DNA of 64,000 nucleotides from an uncultured Actinomycetota bacterium (GTDB lineage Bacteria; Actinomycetota; Actinomycetes; Actinomycetales; Cellulomonadaceae): NCBI GenBank assembly GCA_963850545.1, contig CAWKLP010000002.1, positions 1,501,934 to 1,565,933 of the forward strand, read 5' to 3'. Shown piece by piece: positions 62,629 to 64,000 of this stretch (position 1 is its first letter; each line of letters starts with the position of its first letter). The notes under the pieces were generated by a model. It saw only the letters and a program-made list of their open reading frames with translations, ran no database searches and was not told where the DNA came from. The position numbers and the translations under genes were made by a program.

Positions 62629-64000
62629 CGGTCCACCCCCCGGACGATCTGGGTCGCGTCGTCCGGCAGCGCGCCACGCCCGGCACCGGCCTCGGTCCCC
62701 GCCTGCACGGGGCCGCCGCCCCCTACCTCGATGGCGTCGCCGCCACCCACCACGGCGGGAGCCGGGTCGGCCAGTGCGCCACGGGTGGGCAACGCCGACG
62801 GACGCCGGGCGGCGTCGGAGATGCGCAGCATGAGTGCGATGACTATCCAGTTCGCGAGCAGTGACGACCCGCCCTGCGCGATGAAGGGCAGGGTCAGACC
62901 GGTGAGCGGGATGATGCGGGTGATGCCGCCGACCACGACGAAGAGCTGCAGTGCCATGACGAACGCGAGGCCGCCCGCGAGCAGCTTGCCGAAGCCGTCG
63001 CGCACGCCGATAGCGTGCCGCAGGCCGCGCTGCACGATCACCAGGTAGATCAGCAGGATCGCGAGCAGGCCCGTGAGGCCGAGCTCCTCTCCGAGTGCGG
63101 CGTAGATGAAGTCGGAGTAGGCGAACGGCACGCGGTCCGGGTAACCCTCACCCCAGCCCGCGCCGAACATGCCGCCGTAGGCCATGCCGAACAGGCCCTG
63201 GACGATCTGGTACGACCCGCCGAACTCGCGGTCGTAGAGGTCGGCGTTGAGCGGGTCGAGCCAGACGTCGACGCGGGCCTGGACATGGGCGAAGATCGAC
63301 CAGGCGACGACGGCGCCCGCGGCGAACATGGTGAGGCCGATGACGATCCAGCCCACCCGGTCGGTGGCGAGGTAGAGCATGCCGACGAACAGGCCGAAGA
63401 ACAGCAGCGAGGTACCGAGGTCCTTCTCGCCGATGAGGACGGCCAGGGACACGGCCCAGACGATGAGGATGGGGCCGAGGTCGCGCAGGCGGGGCAGCTG
63501 CAGGCCGAGGAACTTCTTGCCGGCCAGGGCCAGGGTGTCGCGGTTCGCGACCAGGTAGCCCGCGAAGAACACGGCGAACGCGATCTTCGCGAACTCGGCC
63601 GGCTGCAGCGAGAACGGGCCGATGAAGATCCAGATCTGGGCGCCGTTGATCTCCTCGCCGAGGCCGGGGACCAGCGGCAGGACCACCAGCACGATGCCCA
63701 CGATCATCGCCGTGTAGGTAAGGCGGCGCAGGCTGCGGTGGTCTCGGATGACGAAGATGATGGCGCAGGCGAGGAGGATGCCGATCGCTGACCACATGAT
63801 GTGGCGGGGCGCGTTGGCGCCCGCCATGGCGATACCCGGCGACAGGTCCAGGCGCAGCACCATCGCCATACTGACGCTGTTCAGCAGCACCACGGCCGGC
63901 AGGATCACCTGGTCGGCATACGGCGCGCGCAGCCGCAGCACGATGTGCGCGGTGAACGCCAGAGCCGTGAGCACTATCGAGTAGGTCCAGAACCCCTCGG
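62625..64000 (-). CDS. rodA: RodA/FtsW SEDS protein (5' end beyond the window)
   Basis: QPAEFAK, EKDLGT, SYQIVQG, SDFIY, PLTGLTLPF, GGSS. Confidence 0.93.
   Translation of the reverse strand, partial: EGFWTYSIVLTALAFTAHIVLRLRAPYADQVILPAVVLLNSVSMAMVLRLDLSPGIAMAGANAPRHIMWSAIGILLACAIIFVIRDHRSLRRLTYTAMIVGIVLVVLPLVPGLGEEINGAQIWIFIGPFSLQPAEFAKIAFAVFFAGYLVANRDTLALAGKKFLGLQLPRLRDLGPILIVWAVSLAVLIGEKDLGTSLLFFGLFVGMLYLATDRVGWIVIGLTMFAAGAVVAWSIFAHVQARVDVWLDPLNADLYDREFGGSYQIVQGLFGMAYGGMFGAGWGEGYPDRVPFAYSDFIYAALGEELGLTGLLAILLIYLVIVQRGLRHAIGVRDGFGKLLAGGLAFVMALQLFVVVGGITRIIPLTGLTLPFIAQGGSSLLANWIVIALMLRISDAARRPSALPTRGALADPAPAVVGGGDAIEVGGGGPVQAGTEAGAGRGALPDDATQIVRGVDR

Overview
High-GC actinobacterial chromosome (probably Micrococcales; inference from gene content). 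The window covers the replication origin. Its conserved backbone is parB-parA-rsmG-jag-yidC-yidD-rnpA-rpmH / dnaA-oriC-dnaN-gnd-recF-DUF721-gyrB-gyrA-DUF3566-tRNA-Ile-DLW39-tRNA-Ala, then ppiA-rhomboid-crgA-DUF881-srtE-pabA/trpG-pknB-pknA-pbpA-rodA. It also has 7 clear parS sites and many DnaA boxes, some embedded in coding sequence. A ~27.8 kb element is integrated in tRNA-Ala(TGC), bounded by 38-bp att repeats at 22171 and 49980 and by 12-bp-periodic TGACACGGTT arm-type repeats. It carries a tyrosine integrase, an excisionase, a ParB-like gene and a frameshifted MobF relaxase, with no T4SS visible. Its cargo is (i) a translationally coupled TIGR04255-like / Xre-MbcA-like / unknown three-gene operon split by an IS5, (ii) a HEPN-like gene, (iii) an NnrDE homologue, (iv) Shedu with small neighbours, and (v) the strongest candidate for a novel system, an Xre-adjacent nucleotide-tailoring cluster. 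That cluster encodes a HAD phosphatase, a MurA/NikO-like enolpyruvyl transferase, a metallophosphoesterase, two dCTP-deaminase paralogues with complementary catalytic motifs, a GT4 glycosyltransferase and a serine hydrolase. All family assignments come from motifs recognised by eye; no database search was run.
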